Shown piece by piece: positions 1 to 9,766 of a stretch of 64,000 nt of DNA. Made by a program: the position numbers and the translations under genes. The stretch covers positions 294,451 to 358,450 of the forward strand of contig CBDBHA010000002.1 in assembly GCA_965205495.1 (NCBI GenBank). The letters run 5' to 3'. The notes below the pieces were generated by a model. It was not told where the DNA came from. It did no database searches and was given only the letters and a program-made list of their open reading frames with translations. Positions within the stretch are counted from its first letter, which is position 1. Every line of letters begins with the position of its first letter. The stretch comes from Dehalococcoidia bacterium. Lineage in GTDB: Bacteria; Chloroflexota; Dehalococcoidia; Lucifugimonadales; UBA3495.

Positions 1-119
1 TTTCCCAGGCGTCCCTTGGGGGTCAGGCCCAGCAGTTCACCGTAGAATTCCTCGGCTTCCTCCAGGTTGTTGCAGGGAATGGACCAATGGGTTACACCTT
101 CGATTTTCAAGACTGACAT
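1..119 (-). CDS. VOC/glyoxalase family protein (5' part, runs off window)
   Basis: Manual translation MSVLKIEGVTHWSIPCNNLEEAEEFYGELLGL...; AGGAGG RBS upstream; not in ORF track. Confidence 0.8.
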   Translation of the reverse strand, partial: MSVLKIEGVTHWSIPCNNLEEAEEFYGELLGLTPKGRLG

Positions 120-319
120 GATGTCCTCCCTTCCTTCTGCGTTTGGTGTTTTCTCCTCGCCGGGCCGCCCGGTTTACGCCGGTTTCGGTCAGTCAACCAA
201 TTGACCTGTTTGGTATACGCTGGTAGACTGCGGCGGAAATCCACCTTGCTACGCAATTGAGGCATTATAGCGGCTAGACTACGTTATTTCGCAATACGTA
301 GTGGCCGGAGGAGGCTATT

Positions 320-1546
320 ATGGTTACCGCGATAAACGACGATTTGTTCACCGGCGAAGTCGTCAACGAACCCTACCCTTACTTCGCTCGGCTGCGGGAA
401 GAAGACCCGGTGCACTGGAACGAGAAGTACGAGTTGTGGGTGATTTCCACCTACGAAGACCTGGTTTGGGTGGCCCGCCGCCCGGAGTTCTTCTCCTCTG
501 AATGGTGGAAGCGGGACCCTCGAGGCCCCTACCCTGAAATTGACGAATCGGACTTGGGCCTGTACCAGTACGTGCGGGAGTTCTTCGCCGACTGGTTTAT
601 CCAACACGACCGCCCCGAACACACCGAGATGCGGAAAGTGGTCCACAGCTACTTCACCCCCAAGGCCATGGAGATGTGGCGGCCCATGGTCGTCGACGCT
701 GTAAAGGTATTGCTGGACGAGGCGGAAGAGGCGGGCAGCATGGACGCCATGAGCGACTTCGCCGTGCCCCTGCCCCTGCTGGTCATTGCCCAGATGATGG
801 GGATGCCCAACCAGGACCGGAAATTCATTCGCTCCCTGGCCGAGAAGCTGCTCTTCCTGGGGCGGGGCGAGTTGGACCGGATGCAGCCCTTGACCGACGG
901 CATCAAAGGGTTGCAAGAGTACCTGGGCCCGATAGTGGCGGACCGGGTAAAGAACCCGGGGGACGACCTGCTTTCGGTCTTGTGCCGCGGCGAGATCGAC
1001 GGTTTCTACACCAGGGACGAGGTGGTGGCGAACGCCATCTTGTTGCTGCTGGCGGGCCATGAGACCACCATCAACCTGATCTGCAACGGAACGCGGTCGT
1101 TCATCGACCACCCCGACCAATGGGCGTTGTTCGGGCAAAACCCGCAGGAGCGGATGGTGCGGGCCACCGAGGAATGCCTGCGCTACGACGCGCCGGTGCG
1201 GTCGATTCAACGCATCGCCGGTGAGGACGTGGAACTGAAGGGCAAGGTCATCAAGAAGGACGACCGGCTGCGCTGGTTCATCTCCTCGGCCAACCGGGAC
1301 GGCAACATGTTCCCCGATCCGGACCGGTTCGACATCGAACGCTATCCCAACCCCCACGTGGCGTTCGGCTCGGGTATCCACCATTGCTTGGGCGCGACCC
1401 TGGCGCGGCTGGAAGGTCAGGAGGCGCTGCGGGCTCTGGCGGAGCGGTTCCCGTCCATTCATCTGAACGTGCCGGCAGCTGAGTTGGATTACCAGCCCAG
1501 CGTCACCTTCCGTTCCCTGAAGTCCCTGCCGGTGGGCTGGAACTAA
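320..1546 (+). CDS. Cytochrome P450
   Basis: AGHETT I-helix, ExxR (EECLRY), heme motif FGSGIHHCLG; GGAGG RBS. Confidence 0.97.
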   Translation: MVTAINDDLFTGEVVNEPYPYFARLREEDPVHWNEKYELWVISTYEDLVWVARRPEFFSSEWWKRDPRGPYPEIDESDLGLYQYVREFFADWFIQHDRPEHTEMRKVVHSYFTPKAMEMWRPMVVDAVKVLLDEAEEAGSMDAMSDFAVPLPLLVIAQMMGMPNQDRKFIRSLAEKLLFLGRGELDRMQPLTDGIKGLQEYLGPIVADRVKNPGDDLLSVLCRGEIDGFYTRDEVVANAILLLLAGHETTINLICNGTRSFIDHPDQWALFGQNPQERMVRATEECLRYDAPVRSIQRIAGEDVELKGKVIKKDDRLRWFISSANRDGNMFPDPDRFDIERYPNPHVAFGSGIHHCLGATLARLEGQEALRALAERFPSIHLNVPAAELDYQPSVTFRSLKSLPVGWN

Positions 1547-1556
1547 GGGGGAAGTT

Positions 1557-1781
1557 ATGCCGAGGAAGCTCAACATAGTGGTGGACTACAACGTCTGCGT
1601 GGGCAACGCCATGTGCGAGACCTTCGCCACCCACACCTTTGCCTTGAACGACGACCGCCAGTCCACCGTAGTCGACCCGGAGGGAGACCCCGAGGAAGTA
1701 GTCCTGGAGGCGGCGGAGAACTGTCCGGTCAGCGCCATCACGGTGACCGATGCCGAGACGGGAGAGCAGCTTTTCCCGTGA
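1557..1781 (+). CDS. Ferredoxin ([3Fe-4S]-type), probable P450 redox partner
   Basis: CVGNAMC...CPVSAI motif; directly downstream of the P450. Confidence 0.92.
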   Translation: MPRKLNIVVDYNVCVGNAMCETFATHTFALNDDRQSTVVDPEGDPEEVVLEAAENCPVSAITVTDAETGEQLFP

Positions 1782-1803
1782 CCTGGAAGCGCAAGGAGGA
1801 AGC

Positions 1804-2295
1804 ATGTCCCGCGTGACACTGATTCAGCACATCAACATTCAGGTTAGCAACCGGGAACGGACCCGGGAGTGGTACGAGCAGGTCCTGGGGGCCGAGTTCT
1901 TGGACCGGGGCCCGGAGTCCAACAAGCGGCAACTGCAACTTAGGATTGGCAACGGCGAGATTCACACTACCGACAACCCCAACCCGGTAATCGCCCCGTC
2001 GGTCCACTTCGCCGTGGAGATCAACGACTGGGACGAGACCATCGAAAACCTGGAACGGTTGGGCGTCTCCTACACCACCCGCCCGGCGGTTTCCCGGGAG
2101 CAGAACTCCTGGGGCCAGCGGGACTACAGCGGGGGGCACTACACCTACGTCCACGATCCCGATGGCAACATGATTGAACTGGTGCACCATCCCCTGGGGT
2201 TGGAGGACGCCGACGGCGAGCGCGTCGATGTGCCCCACTATGCCGACAGCCCCCGTTGGGGCAAACTGCCGGAGTTCAGCAGCGTAGGATCCTAA
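1804..2295 (+). CDS. VOC/glyoxalase family protein
   Basis: HINI...WYEQVLG, HFAVEI, DPDGNMIEL; AGGAGG before ATG 1804. Confidence 0.9.
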   Translation: MSRVTLIQHINIQVSNRERTREWYEQVLGAEFLDRGPESNKRQLQLRIGNGEIHTTDNPNPVIAPSVHFAVEINDWDETIENLERLGVSYTTRPAVSREQNSWGQRDYSGGHYTYVHDPDGNMIELVHHPLGLEDADGERVDVPHYADSPRWGKLPEFSSVGS

Positions 2296-2438
2296 GACCG
2301 GACGGACTGCCAAGTTAGTCCGGTAGCAACCGGCCCAATGAGTGGGCGCCAACGGCTTTTGTTGAAGGCGCCCACCTTTTGATTTACCCTGTTGCCGTAC
2401 CCAAAACCTTTCGGACCCCGTAACCACGGAGTGTAATC

Positions 2439-3482
2439 ATGGAGTTTGGCCTTTTCCTAGAGTTCCCTCAGCGGGAAGGGACCACTGCCAGCGAGGCTTT
2501 CAAAGAGTCATTTTCGTTGGTTGATACCGCCGAGGAAATGGGTGTCGAGTCGGTCTGGCTGGCCGAGTACCACTTCAACGCCGGGCGGGTCCTTTCCTCT
2601 CCGGTAACCATCGCCAGCGCCATTGCCGCCCGCACCAGCAAGATACGCATTGGGTTTGGGGTCATCTGCCTGCCCTTAGCCCACCCGGTGCGGACCGCCG
2701 AAGAAGTCGCCGTCCTGGACCAAATCAGCGAGGGCCGTATCGAGTTGGGCGTGGGCCGGGGCACCTTCCCCAACGTCCATGAGGGGTTCAACACCCCGTT
2801 TTCGGAAGCGCGGGGCCGGTTTGAAGAGTCCCTGGAAGTCATCCTAAAGTGCTGGGGCGAGGAGCCTTTCTCCTTTGATGGGGAGTTCTTCACCTACAAA
2901 GACCTGGAAGTTTACCCCAAGACCTACCAGCAGCCACATCCTCCGGTGCACGTTGGCGTCACCTCGGCGGAGTCTTTTCCCATCACCGCGGGCCTGGGCC
3001 GCCCGGTTATCGTCAACCCTTCCCGGGTGTTTACCCTGGAAGAGCTGGCCGGACCCATCGAAGCCTACCGGAAGGCTTGGCAGGACGCCGGCCACGAGGG
3101 GGAGGGCCACGTTGGTCTGCGGGTGCCGATCTACATCGCCGAAACCGAAGCGCAGGCCTTTGAGGAGCCCCGGGACAGCGCCATGTTCTCGGTGGAACGG
3201 CTGGGCAACCGGGTAGGCAGCTACGCCGACTACGGCCACACCACCGGCGACTGGCGGGCGGAGTCGGTCCGGATTCTGGGCATGACCTACGACGATTGGT
3301 TCCGGGACAAGGTGGTCTACGGCACCGTGGACTCGGTGACCGAGAAGCTCAAGGGTCTGAAGAAGACCCTGGGACTGGACCTCTTAATCTACGAGATAAA
3401 CTATGGGAACCGGATTCCGATGGAGAACCAGTTAAACTCCATGACCTTGTTCAACGAACAGGTGATTCCCCAGTTGGAATGA
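2439..3482 (+). CDS. LLM-class flavin-dependent oxidoreductase
   Basis: WLAEYHF, HPVRTAEEVAVLDQISEGRIELGVGRG. Confidence 0.95.
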   Translation: MEFGLFLEFPQREGTTASEAFKESFSLVDTAEEMGVESVWLAEYHFNAGRVLSSPVTIASAIAARTSKIRIGFGVICLPLAHPVRTAEEVAVLDQISEGRIELGVGRGTFPNVHEGFNTPFSEARGRFEESLEVILKCWGEEPFSFDGEFFTYKDLEVYPKTYQQPHPPVHVGVTSAESFPITAGLGRPVIVNPSRVFTLEELAGPIEAYRKAWQDAGHEGEGHVGLRVPIYIAETEAQAFEEPRDSAMFSVERLGNRVGSYADYGHTTGDWRAESVRILGMTYDDWFRDKVVYGTVDSVTEKLKGLKKTLGLDLLIYEINYGNRIPMENQLNSMTLFNEQVIPQLE

Positions 3483-3599
3483 CGCTCGGCTTCCCCCAGC
3501 CCGGCTTTGCGTTTAGGGTCCCTGGAAACGGGGGCTCTTACTTTTTTCCAGGACCCTGGGGGTTGGGGTTGGGTCGACGGGCTCACCACGAACGGTAGA

Positions 3600-3640
3600 T
3601 TTTTAAGGTGCTGGGACTTTTGGGGACTTCTTGGGACATT
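3600..3640. repeat. Phased GGGAC triplet site, copy L
   Basis: GGGAC at 3613, 3623, 3633 (exact 10-bp period) preceded by TTTTTAAG. Confidence 0.75.
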
Positions 3641-3657
3641 CTCCGGGTTGGTTGGGG

Positions 3658-3981
3658 TTAGGAGAGACAGGGCGAGGGACGCCAGGGGAGGAGGGCGTCC
3701 AGGAGTAGCTTGTGGTCGGGCTCCTTTTTGCGGCGGCGGCAGTAGTCGAGGTAGCCGAAGGTACCGGTGAAGGGTAGGAACCGAAAACCGGAGTCGGCCA
3801 CCTTTCGGATGAAGTTGTGGGGGTCGGGCAAGGGTTTGTTCTGGGATTGAGCGTCGGCCCATTCCTCGCAGAGTTGGTTCACGTGACGACCGAGGAGGAC
3901 CTCGTGACGGGGGCGGTAGAGTTTACGTCTGAGAGCGCGGACGCGGTTGGCTAGGCCGGCTAGGCTGGGAAATTCGGTCAT
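3658..3981 (-). CDS. Hypothetical basic 107-aa protein flanked by phased GGGAC sites
   Basis: GGAGG about 9 nt before ATG 3981; upstream sigma70-like promoter at 4150-4179; no family recognised. Confidence 0.55.
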   Translation of the reverse strand: MTEFPSLAGLANRVRALRRKLYRPRHEVLLGRHVNQLCEEWADAQSQNKPLPDPHNFIRKVADSGFRFLPFTGTFGYLDYCRRRKKEPDHKLLLDALLPWRPSPCLS

Positions 3982-4040
3982 TTGGGGGTTCCTCCGGGTT
4001 TTGGATTTATTGGGGGTCTGGATGGATGAACGGGGTGAGA

Positions 4041-4080
4041 ATTTTAGATGTTGGGACATTTGGGGATTTATTAGGAGATG
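4041..4080. repeat. Phased GGGAC triplet site, copy R
   Basis: GGGAC/GGGAT/AGGAG at 4053, 4063, 4073 preceded by AATTTTAG. Confidence 0.7.
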
Positions 4081-4149
4081 GGGTTGCTTGGCTCGTCCGG
4101 TCGGTCCGGGGGTTGGATTTTTGGGGTGGGGTTAGGCCTGGTAGTAACT

Positions 4150-4179
4150 ATCTTAGAGAGTCGTCACCGGAAGTGGCAA
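4150..4179 (-). promoter_or_regulatory. Putative sigma70 promoter TTGCCA-N18-TAAGAT
   Basis: Near-identical copy (TTGCCA-N18-TACTAT, same spacer) at 48946-48975. Confidence 0.55.
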
Positions 4180-4249
4180 GGGGCAAGTGTCAGTGATTTG
4201 GGAGGTGGTTCGACGTGGTGACCACTATCCTTAGACGGAGCGCAGGAAG

Positions 4250-4515
4250 AGCGGGGGGTGTTAAGTGCGACCGTCCGTTGGCCCTTCGACGGGGCTCAGG
4301 ACGAACGGACTGGGTGCTTGTGGGGTAGACGTTGGCATTTGGACGGGGCTCACCGCGATCCTTCGACAGGCTTAGGACAAGCGGGGGGGTGTTAAGTGCG
4401 ACCGTCCGTTGGCCCTTCGACGGGGCTCAGGACGAACGGACTGGGTGCTTGTGGGCTGGACGTTGGCATTTGGACGGGGCTTACGACGGTCCTTCGGCGG
4501 GCTTAGGACGAACGG
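4250..4515. repeat. Two tandem ~131-bp units, each with two CCTTCGAC-GGCTCAGGAC REP-like motifs
   Basis: TTAAGTGCGACCGTCCGTTGGCCCTTCGACGGGGCTCAGGACGAACGG at 4261 and 4392. Confidence 0.85.
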
Positions 4516-4676
4516 GGTGGGTTGGAGGGGGTTGGGCGTTTTTTATTTCAGGTTGACCTGCCGTTGTGGTGGGGGTATGGTGGCTGCCTGCGATGAGTTT
4601 TTAAGGGTACCCTGCCGGGGTACCGCAACGGCGGGGCCGTTTTCCGCAAGATTCCGCCCAACAGGGGAACCGCCCA

Positions 4677-5957
4677 TTGCTTCGTTTCGCCGATACGCCC
4701 GTCTTGCAGGTCTTGGAGAACCGAGACTTCCGGTATTTGTGGGTGGCGCGGTGGATTCACGAAATTTCCCGGCGCATGGAACTTATTGTGCTGGGTTACC
4801 TGATCTACGAACTCACCGATTCGGCCTTTCATGTTGGGCTGATTTCCGTTTTCCTCAACGGTCCGCGCCCCCCCTTGTCCTTGGTGGCGGGGATGTTGGC
4901 CGACCGGCTGGACCGGTGGCGCATTTTGGCCGGAATCCATACGTTTTATCTGGTGGTGGCTTCGGGGCTGCTGGTCCTGCTTTATCTGGAAATGATTCAA
5001 CCCTGGCAGGTTTTCATCGCCATCCTGTTTCAGGGGACGGCCAAGGTGCTGGACGACCCCACCAGGCGGGCGGCGCTGTTCGACCTGGCCGGCCAGGACC
5101 GCATTGCCCACGCGATGTCGTTGGAAACGCTCACCAACAACGGCGGGAAGATATTGGGGCCGTTGGCGGGTGGGTTGTTGGTCCAGTTCTACGGGTTCGC
5201 CGGCGCTTTCATGGTCTTGGTGACCCTGGACCTGGTGGCGGCCCTGCTTATTTTCCGGATGCGGTTGCCCAAGAGCGCGGCGGTGGTGGGCCGGGATGCG
5301 GAGTTCTTGCAGGGCATCAAGTCGGGAATCGGGCATTCCTTCTCCAACCAATTCGTGCTGGGGGTGCTTGCCATCTCGCTGGTGATGAACGCCATGGTGC
5401 TGCCGTTGCAGTACTTTATTCCGGTAATAGCCACCGACGTCTTGAAGGTGGGCCCGGCGTTGGGAGGGTTGTTGGGGTCGGCGGAGGGAATAGGGACGTT
5501 CATCGGCGCTTTGGTCATCGCGGTGCGGCGGCGGTACACGTTCCACGGCCGGTATTTCGTGTTTGGAGCGTTAATCGTTGGCGTTGGCGTCGTGTCGGTA
5601 GCCTGGTCGCCCTGGTTCTTGATTTCCTTCGGGCTGCTGTTCGGGGCCGGCATAGGACAGGCGGGGTTCAGCACCATGCAAAGCACCATCCTGTTGCTGT
5701 CGTCGCCGGCGGAAATGCGGGGCCGGATAATGGGGTCGCAGGGGTTGGTCAACGGGCTGGGGCACTTGGTGGGTGGCGTGGAAATCGGAGCGATAGCCAG
5801 CGCCTTCGGCATTTCCCTGGCCATTGGCATCAACGCGGGAGTGGGGCTGCTGCTGATGCTTCCGGTAATAGCATTGACGCCGCTGGTCTGGAAGCCGGTG
5901 GTGGCGTACCAGAACCGGGCGGCGACGCCCCCTTCAACCCCAACCGCCACCGGGTAG
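4677..5957 (+). CDS. MFS transporter
   Basis: Motif A GMLADRLDRWR, about 12 hydrophobic segments, EMRGRIMG. Confidence 0.92.
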   Translation: MLRFADTPVLQVLENRDFRYLWVARWIHEISRRMELIVLGYLIYELTDSAFHVGLISVFLNGPRPPLSLVAGMLADRLDRWRILAGIHTFYLVVASGLLVLLYLEMIQPWQVFIAILFQGTAKVLDDPTRRAALFDLAGQDRIAHAMSLETLTNNGGKILGPLAGGLLVQFYGFAGAFMVLVTLDLVAALLIFRMRLPKSAAVVGRDAEFLQGIKSGIGHSFSNQFVLGVLAISLVMNAMVLPLQYFIPVIATDVLKVGPALGGLLGSAEGIGTFIGALVIAVRRRYTFHGRYFVFGALIVGVGVVSVAWSPWFLISFGLLFGAGIGQAGFSTMQSTILLLSSPAEMRGRIMGSQGLVNGLGHLVGGVEIGAIASAFGISLAIGINAGVGLLLMLPVIALTPLVWKPVVAYQNRAATPPSTPTATG

Positions 5958-6033
5958 GCGTTTCAAACCGGAACTGGACGACGCCATAAATATGGTGGCT
6001 CCAGGATGGTTTCGGGGTCTGTTCCCCGAATGG

Positions 6034-6732
6034 TCAGCCTTGCCGCCGCCGCTCCAGCTCCGCTTCCAGATCCCGGACCCGGGCCTCCCCGGCATCGGCG
6101 CGGGCCCGTTCCTGGGCGAAGGTGGCAATGTGCTGCCCGGTTTCCGGGTCGTGCCAGCCCAACTGTCCGTGGTCCCACCGGATGAAGAGGTTGAGAACCC
6201 TGCTGTATCCCTGGAGGACTCCTTCCTCGACGGTCTCGACGGGGACCGGTTCATATCTGCCGTCCACCAACCGGTCGCCGGCCAGACGGGTCCCGTGGAA
6301 CTCCCCGGTCTCGTCGAACCGCCAGTACTCGGGTATCCCCAGTCCGGCATAGGCCGACCTCTTCTCCACGACGTCCTGCCGGCCGGTGCTCGGGGAGGCT
6401 ATCTTCAGGATGAAGTCCGGCGGCTTTTCCTGCTCGGAGATGATGTAGCCGTTGCTATCCCGGTAGGCTTCCGGGTCGGCACCCATGGCGATGAGAAGGT
6501 CCGGCGCAATCCGGTCTCTCGCAGGAGCTCTCGGCGCCCTGGTCAGATACATCTCGCCGCCCACGATGGTGGTTTCGGGGCTGCCCAGGCGCTGGGCCAG
6601 GCGGTGGGCGCTGCCGGTCAGGGCTAGGTGGACGAAGCTGGTCATGTTGTCTGGGTCGCCCTTCGGGGGATCGGGGAGGACGAAACTCCCCCGGCGTTTC
6701 TTATCGGCTGGCTTTGGATGTCGGGTGGTCAT
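6034..6732 (-). CDS. Uma2 (DUF820) family endonuclease, possibly inactive
   Basis: APDL, PPDFILKIASPST, KRSAYAGLGIPEYWRFD, coiled-coil tail. Confidence 0.88.
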   Translation of the reverse strand: MTTRHPKPADKKRRGSFVLPDPPKGDPDNMTSFVHLALTGSAHRLAQRLGSPETTIVGGEMYLTRAPRAPARDRIAPDLLIAMGADPEAYRDSNGYIISEQEKPPDFILKIASPSTGRQDVVEKRSAYAGLGIPEYWRFDETGEFHGTRLAGDRLVDGRYEPVPVETVEEGVLQGYSRVLNLFIRWDHGQLGWHDPETGQHIATFAQERARADAGEARVRDLEAELERRRQG

Positions 6733-6901
6733 GTGGGACCTCTCCGGTCAGGTTGCTCCGGTTCGGGTTTATTCGCTGCGGGTGTCCGGCTTTCCGGCTT
6801 GGCTGGGAATGTTCGATGTCAGCCTGCTCCGGCGTCTCGGCGGGGTTTACCCAAATCTTGAAGGTCGTGGTCTGTATTTTAACCCATCCTTCCCTGGAAG
6901 G

Positions 6902-7270
6902 TTAGTCTCCCAGGGGAACGACCGCGAAGAAGCGGGGTTCGTCACCGACGACCCGGGTGATGTGTCCTTCGCCGGTGAGGTCTTCGGCCAAGAGGACGTC
7001 GCCGGGGCCGACCTGCTGGACGGTGCCGTCGCCAACCTCGATCTCGGCGCGGCCTCCCAGGGTGATGGTGTATTGACGGCGGGGGGCGCAGTGCCATTCC
7101 AGGACGTAACCCACCTGGGCCACCCGGAAGGTTATGCCGCCGGCTTCCTGCAAGGGCGTTCCTTCGCCGTAAGAGCCCTCGGTGTCGATGAAGGACTCCA
7201 TATCGAGTTCCACTTTTTCGAGATGTGACTTGCCGTCGTCACCGGAATAGACCCTGAAAATGGATGCCAT
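6902..7270 (-). CDS. Cupin-fold protein
   Basis: WHCAPRRQY...GPGDVLLAEDLTGEGH. Confidence 0.85.
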   Translation of the reverse strand: MASIFRVYSGDDGKSHLEKVELDMESFIDTEGSYGEGTPLQEAGGITFRVAQVGYVLEWHCAPRRQYTITLGGRAEIEVGDGTVQQVGPGDVLLAEDLTGEGHITRVVGDEPRFFAVVPLGD

Positions 7271-7443
7271 CGTTCTTCTCCAATTCTTCTGAATATCCTG
7301 GACCAAGACCGTTTGGTCGCGCTTATTCTCTAGGCGTGGACGGTTGGGGTCAAGCGGCTGGCGGTCGGGCGGTTTAGCGTCCCCGGAGGTTGTGGGGTAT
7401 ACTAGCCGCCATCGTGGACTAACATAAGATGAGGAGAGTAGCG

Positions 7444-8634
7444 ATGCAGTTCGGGATTTTGTACGAGATGCAGCGGCCCTTCCAAGGCACGGATATTGAC
7501 TGGAACAGCCTTTATAAAGAGACCCTGGAGCAGTGCGAGTTGGCCGACCAGGTGGGCTTCGACAACCTTTGGTTTGTGGAGCACCACTTTCTAACGGGTT
7601 TTTCCGGCTCTCCCTGCCCCGAGGTCATATTCGGCGCCCTGAGCCGGATCACCAAGCGAATCCGCATAGGCTTCGGCGTCTGCATCCTGCCCTACCACCA
7701 TCCGGTGCGGGTCGCCGAGCGGGTGGCCATGGTGGACCAACTGACCGATGGGCGGGTGGAGTTCGGCACCGGCCGTTCCAACGCCTACGAACAGTTGGGC
7801 CTGGGGATAGACCCCCGGGAGACCCGTTCCCGCTGGAACGAGTCCATCCGGATGCTGCCGCAAATTTGGCAGTCGGACGAGTTTTCCTGGGAAGGAGAAC
7901 ACTGGAACGTGCCCGCCCGGCGGGTGCTTCCCAAGCCCTTCCAGAAGCCCCATCCCCGCATGTACCTGGCTTGCACCCAGACCGAGAGCTTCCGGCTGGC
8001 GGCGCAGTTGGGCATCGGCGTACTGTCATCGGCCTCCTACGCCACCAACATCCTGAAAGAGCACGTCCAGGTCTACCGGGACGCCATCAAGGACGCCGAC
8101 CCGGTGGGCGCGTTCGTCAACGACTTCTGGGGCAACAACGTCCACGCCTTCTGCGGGCCGGACAACCAAGAAGCCCGGGAGTTGGCCGCCAATTCCATGA
8201 AGACCTTCTTCGGGCCGGATAAGCCCTACATTGAGGGGCGGATTAACGCCTATGAAGAGCTGTTAGAAGCCTGGGGAGGAGTTCCCGACCACCTGCAAGC
8301 GGACTTCGGGCGGTGGCTGCGGCAGTCGGATGAAGCGCACCAGGAGCAGGCGGCACAGGCGGGAATCTCCCTGGACAGCGGCCCCGGCGCGGCCCGGGCT
8401 GCGGTGGCGCAACTGGATGCCAACGTGCTGGCGGACCGGGGGGTAATCATCGCGGGAGACCCGGCAAGCTGCATTGAGGGCGTCAAGATGTACGAAGACA
8501 TCGGCGTCGACCAGGTTATGCTCATCATGCAGACCGAGACAATTCCCCATGAGAAGGTGATGAGTTCCATCGAGCTGTTTGGCAAAGAAGTAATTCCCGC
8601 ATTCCGGCAGGCCAAGGTCGCCGCCGGCGACTAG
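7444..8634 (+). CDS. LLM-class flavin-dependent oxidoreductase
   Basis: WFVEHHF, HPVRVAERVAMVDQLTDGRVEFGTGR, PKPFQKPHP. Confidence 0.95.
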   Translation: MQFGILYEMQRPFQGTDIDWNSLYKETLEQCELADQVGFDNLWFVEHHFLTGFSGSPCPEVIFGALSRITKRIRIGFGVCILPYHHPVRVAERVAMVDQLTDGRVEFGTGRSNAYEQLGLGIDPRETRSRWNESIRMLPQIWQSDEFSWEGEHWNVPARRVLPKPFQKPHPRMYLACTQTESFRLAAQLGIGVLSSASYATNILKEHVQVYRDAIKDADPVGAFVNDFWGNNVHAFCGPDNQEARELAANSMKTFFGPDKPYIEGRINAYEELLEAWGGVPDHLQADFGRWLRQSDEAHQEQAAQAGISLDSGPGAARAAVAQLDANVLADRGVIIAGDPASCIEGVKMYEDIGVDQVMLIMQTETIPHEKVMSSIELFGKEVIPAFRQAKVAAGD

Positions 8635-8668
8635 CCCCCAGGTCTAGTTCCCATGGTCCGGCAAAGAG

Positions 8669-8706
8669 GCAAGCCCCGGATAGTTAACCTGGGGCTTGCG
8701 CTTTTT
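8669..8706 (+). terminator. Rho-independent terminator
   Basis: GCAAGCCCC...GGGGCTTGC stem followed by T run. Confidence 0.65.
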
Positions 8707-8731
8707 CCGGTAGAAGCCCCATAGTTTAGCC

Positions 8732-9697
8732 ATGGTTGCCGAAACTCCCCAAGTAAAATTCTGCGTTCGGGTTAACCAGGGCGGTTACAGTTACCCGGAG
8801 TTGAGCCGCATCTGGAGGGACGCGGACCGGTTGGGGTATTACGCCGCCAGCCTGTACGACTTGTTGACAGTGCCGGCGTTGGAGTGTTGGACGACCCTGT
8901 CGGCGCTGGGGGCGCAGACCGAGAATTTGCGGCTGATACCGATGGTGCTGGCCAACCTGTACCGGCACCCGGTCCTGACGGCTAAAATGGCGGCCACCCT
9001 GGACGTGATCACCAACGGGCGGGTGGTGCTGGGGATCGGCGCGGGCGGCGGCCGGGGGGACCATCGGGCCGCGGGTATCTCCTTCCCGCCGACATCCGTG
9101 AGGGTAGAGATGCTGGAGGAGGCGGTGGAGGTCATCAAGCGGTTTTGGACTCAACCCGGCGCGGAGTTTCAGGGGCGGTACTACTCCCTTGACGGCGCGT
9201 CCTGCGATCCGCCGCCGGTACAGAGCCCGCACCCGCCAATACTCATCGGGGGTCACGGGGAGCGGTATTTGCTGCGGGCGGCAGCCAGACACGCCGACAT
9301 CTGCAACATCGGCCAGGATATGTCGTTGGAGGAGCACCGGGAGAAGTTGGGGGTGTTGGAACGCCACTGCCAGAGGGCGGGGCGGGACGCGGCCGAAATT
9401 GAGGTGACGCACAACGCGAGGGTGGTCATTGGCGCGGACGCCCGGGACTTCGGGTGTGTGGTGAAGCGGGCCGCCGCCGGGGAACACGCCACCGCCGAGG
9501 AATACCGGGCTTCGCTGGTGAAGTCGATAGCCGGAACACCCCAACAGTGCGTGGCCCGGATACAAGAGTACGTGGACGCCGGGATTAAGTTTTTCTTCCT
9601 GGTGTTTCCCCATCCGGCGCCGACGGAGAGCCTGGAGTTGTTCGCGCGGGAAGTAATGCCCCATTTCAACACTGGCCCGTCTCCGGCGTCAGGGTAA
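8732..9697 (+). CDS. LLM-class (possibly F420-dependent) oxidoreductase
   Basis: YRHPVLTAKMAATLDVITNGRVVLGIGAG, PPILIGG. Confidence 0.92.
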   Translation: MVAETPQVKFCVRVNQGGYSYPELSRIWRDADRLGYYAASLYDLLTVPALECWTTLSALGAQTENLRLIPMVLANLYRHPVLTAKMAATLDVITNGRVVLGIGAGGGRGDHRAAGISFPPTSVRVEMLEEAVEVIKRFWTQPGAEFQGRYYSLDGASCDPPPVQSPHPPILIGGHGERYLLRAAARHADICNIGQDMSLEEHREKLGVLERHCQRAGRDAAEIEVTHNARVVIGADARDFGCVVKRAAAGEHATAEEYRASLVKSIAGTPQQCVARIQEYVDAGIKFFFLVFPHPAPTESLELFAREVMPHFNTGPSPASG

Positions 9698-9766
9698 TGG
9701 GCCGCCCGCTGAATTTTGTTTCCCAATGTTCCCTGGCCGTGTCTTTAGCCGCCTGATGGGTCTGCC

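Noticed and set aside
192-205. GTCAA-N4-TTGAC palindrome in the divergent P450/VOC promoter as an operator
   Set aside because: It is short and single-copy, and no regulator gene is visible, so it cannot be supported
284-1576. Long antisense or alternate-frame ORFs (also 4409-5989, 26943-28004, 32665-33873, 49497-50873, 53804-55486, 60875-62347)
   Set aside because: These are shadow ORFs of well-supported genes in GC-rich DNA, with no recognisable motifs
4250-4515. CRISPR array
   Set aside because: The intervening sequences are themselves repeated (131-bp tandem duplication of REP-like units), and no cas genes are present
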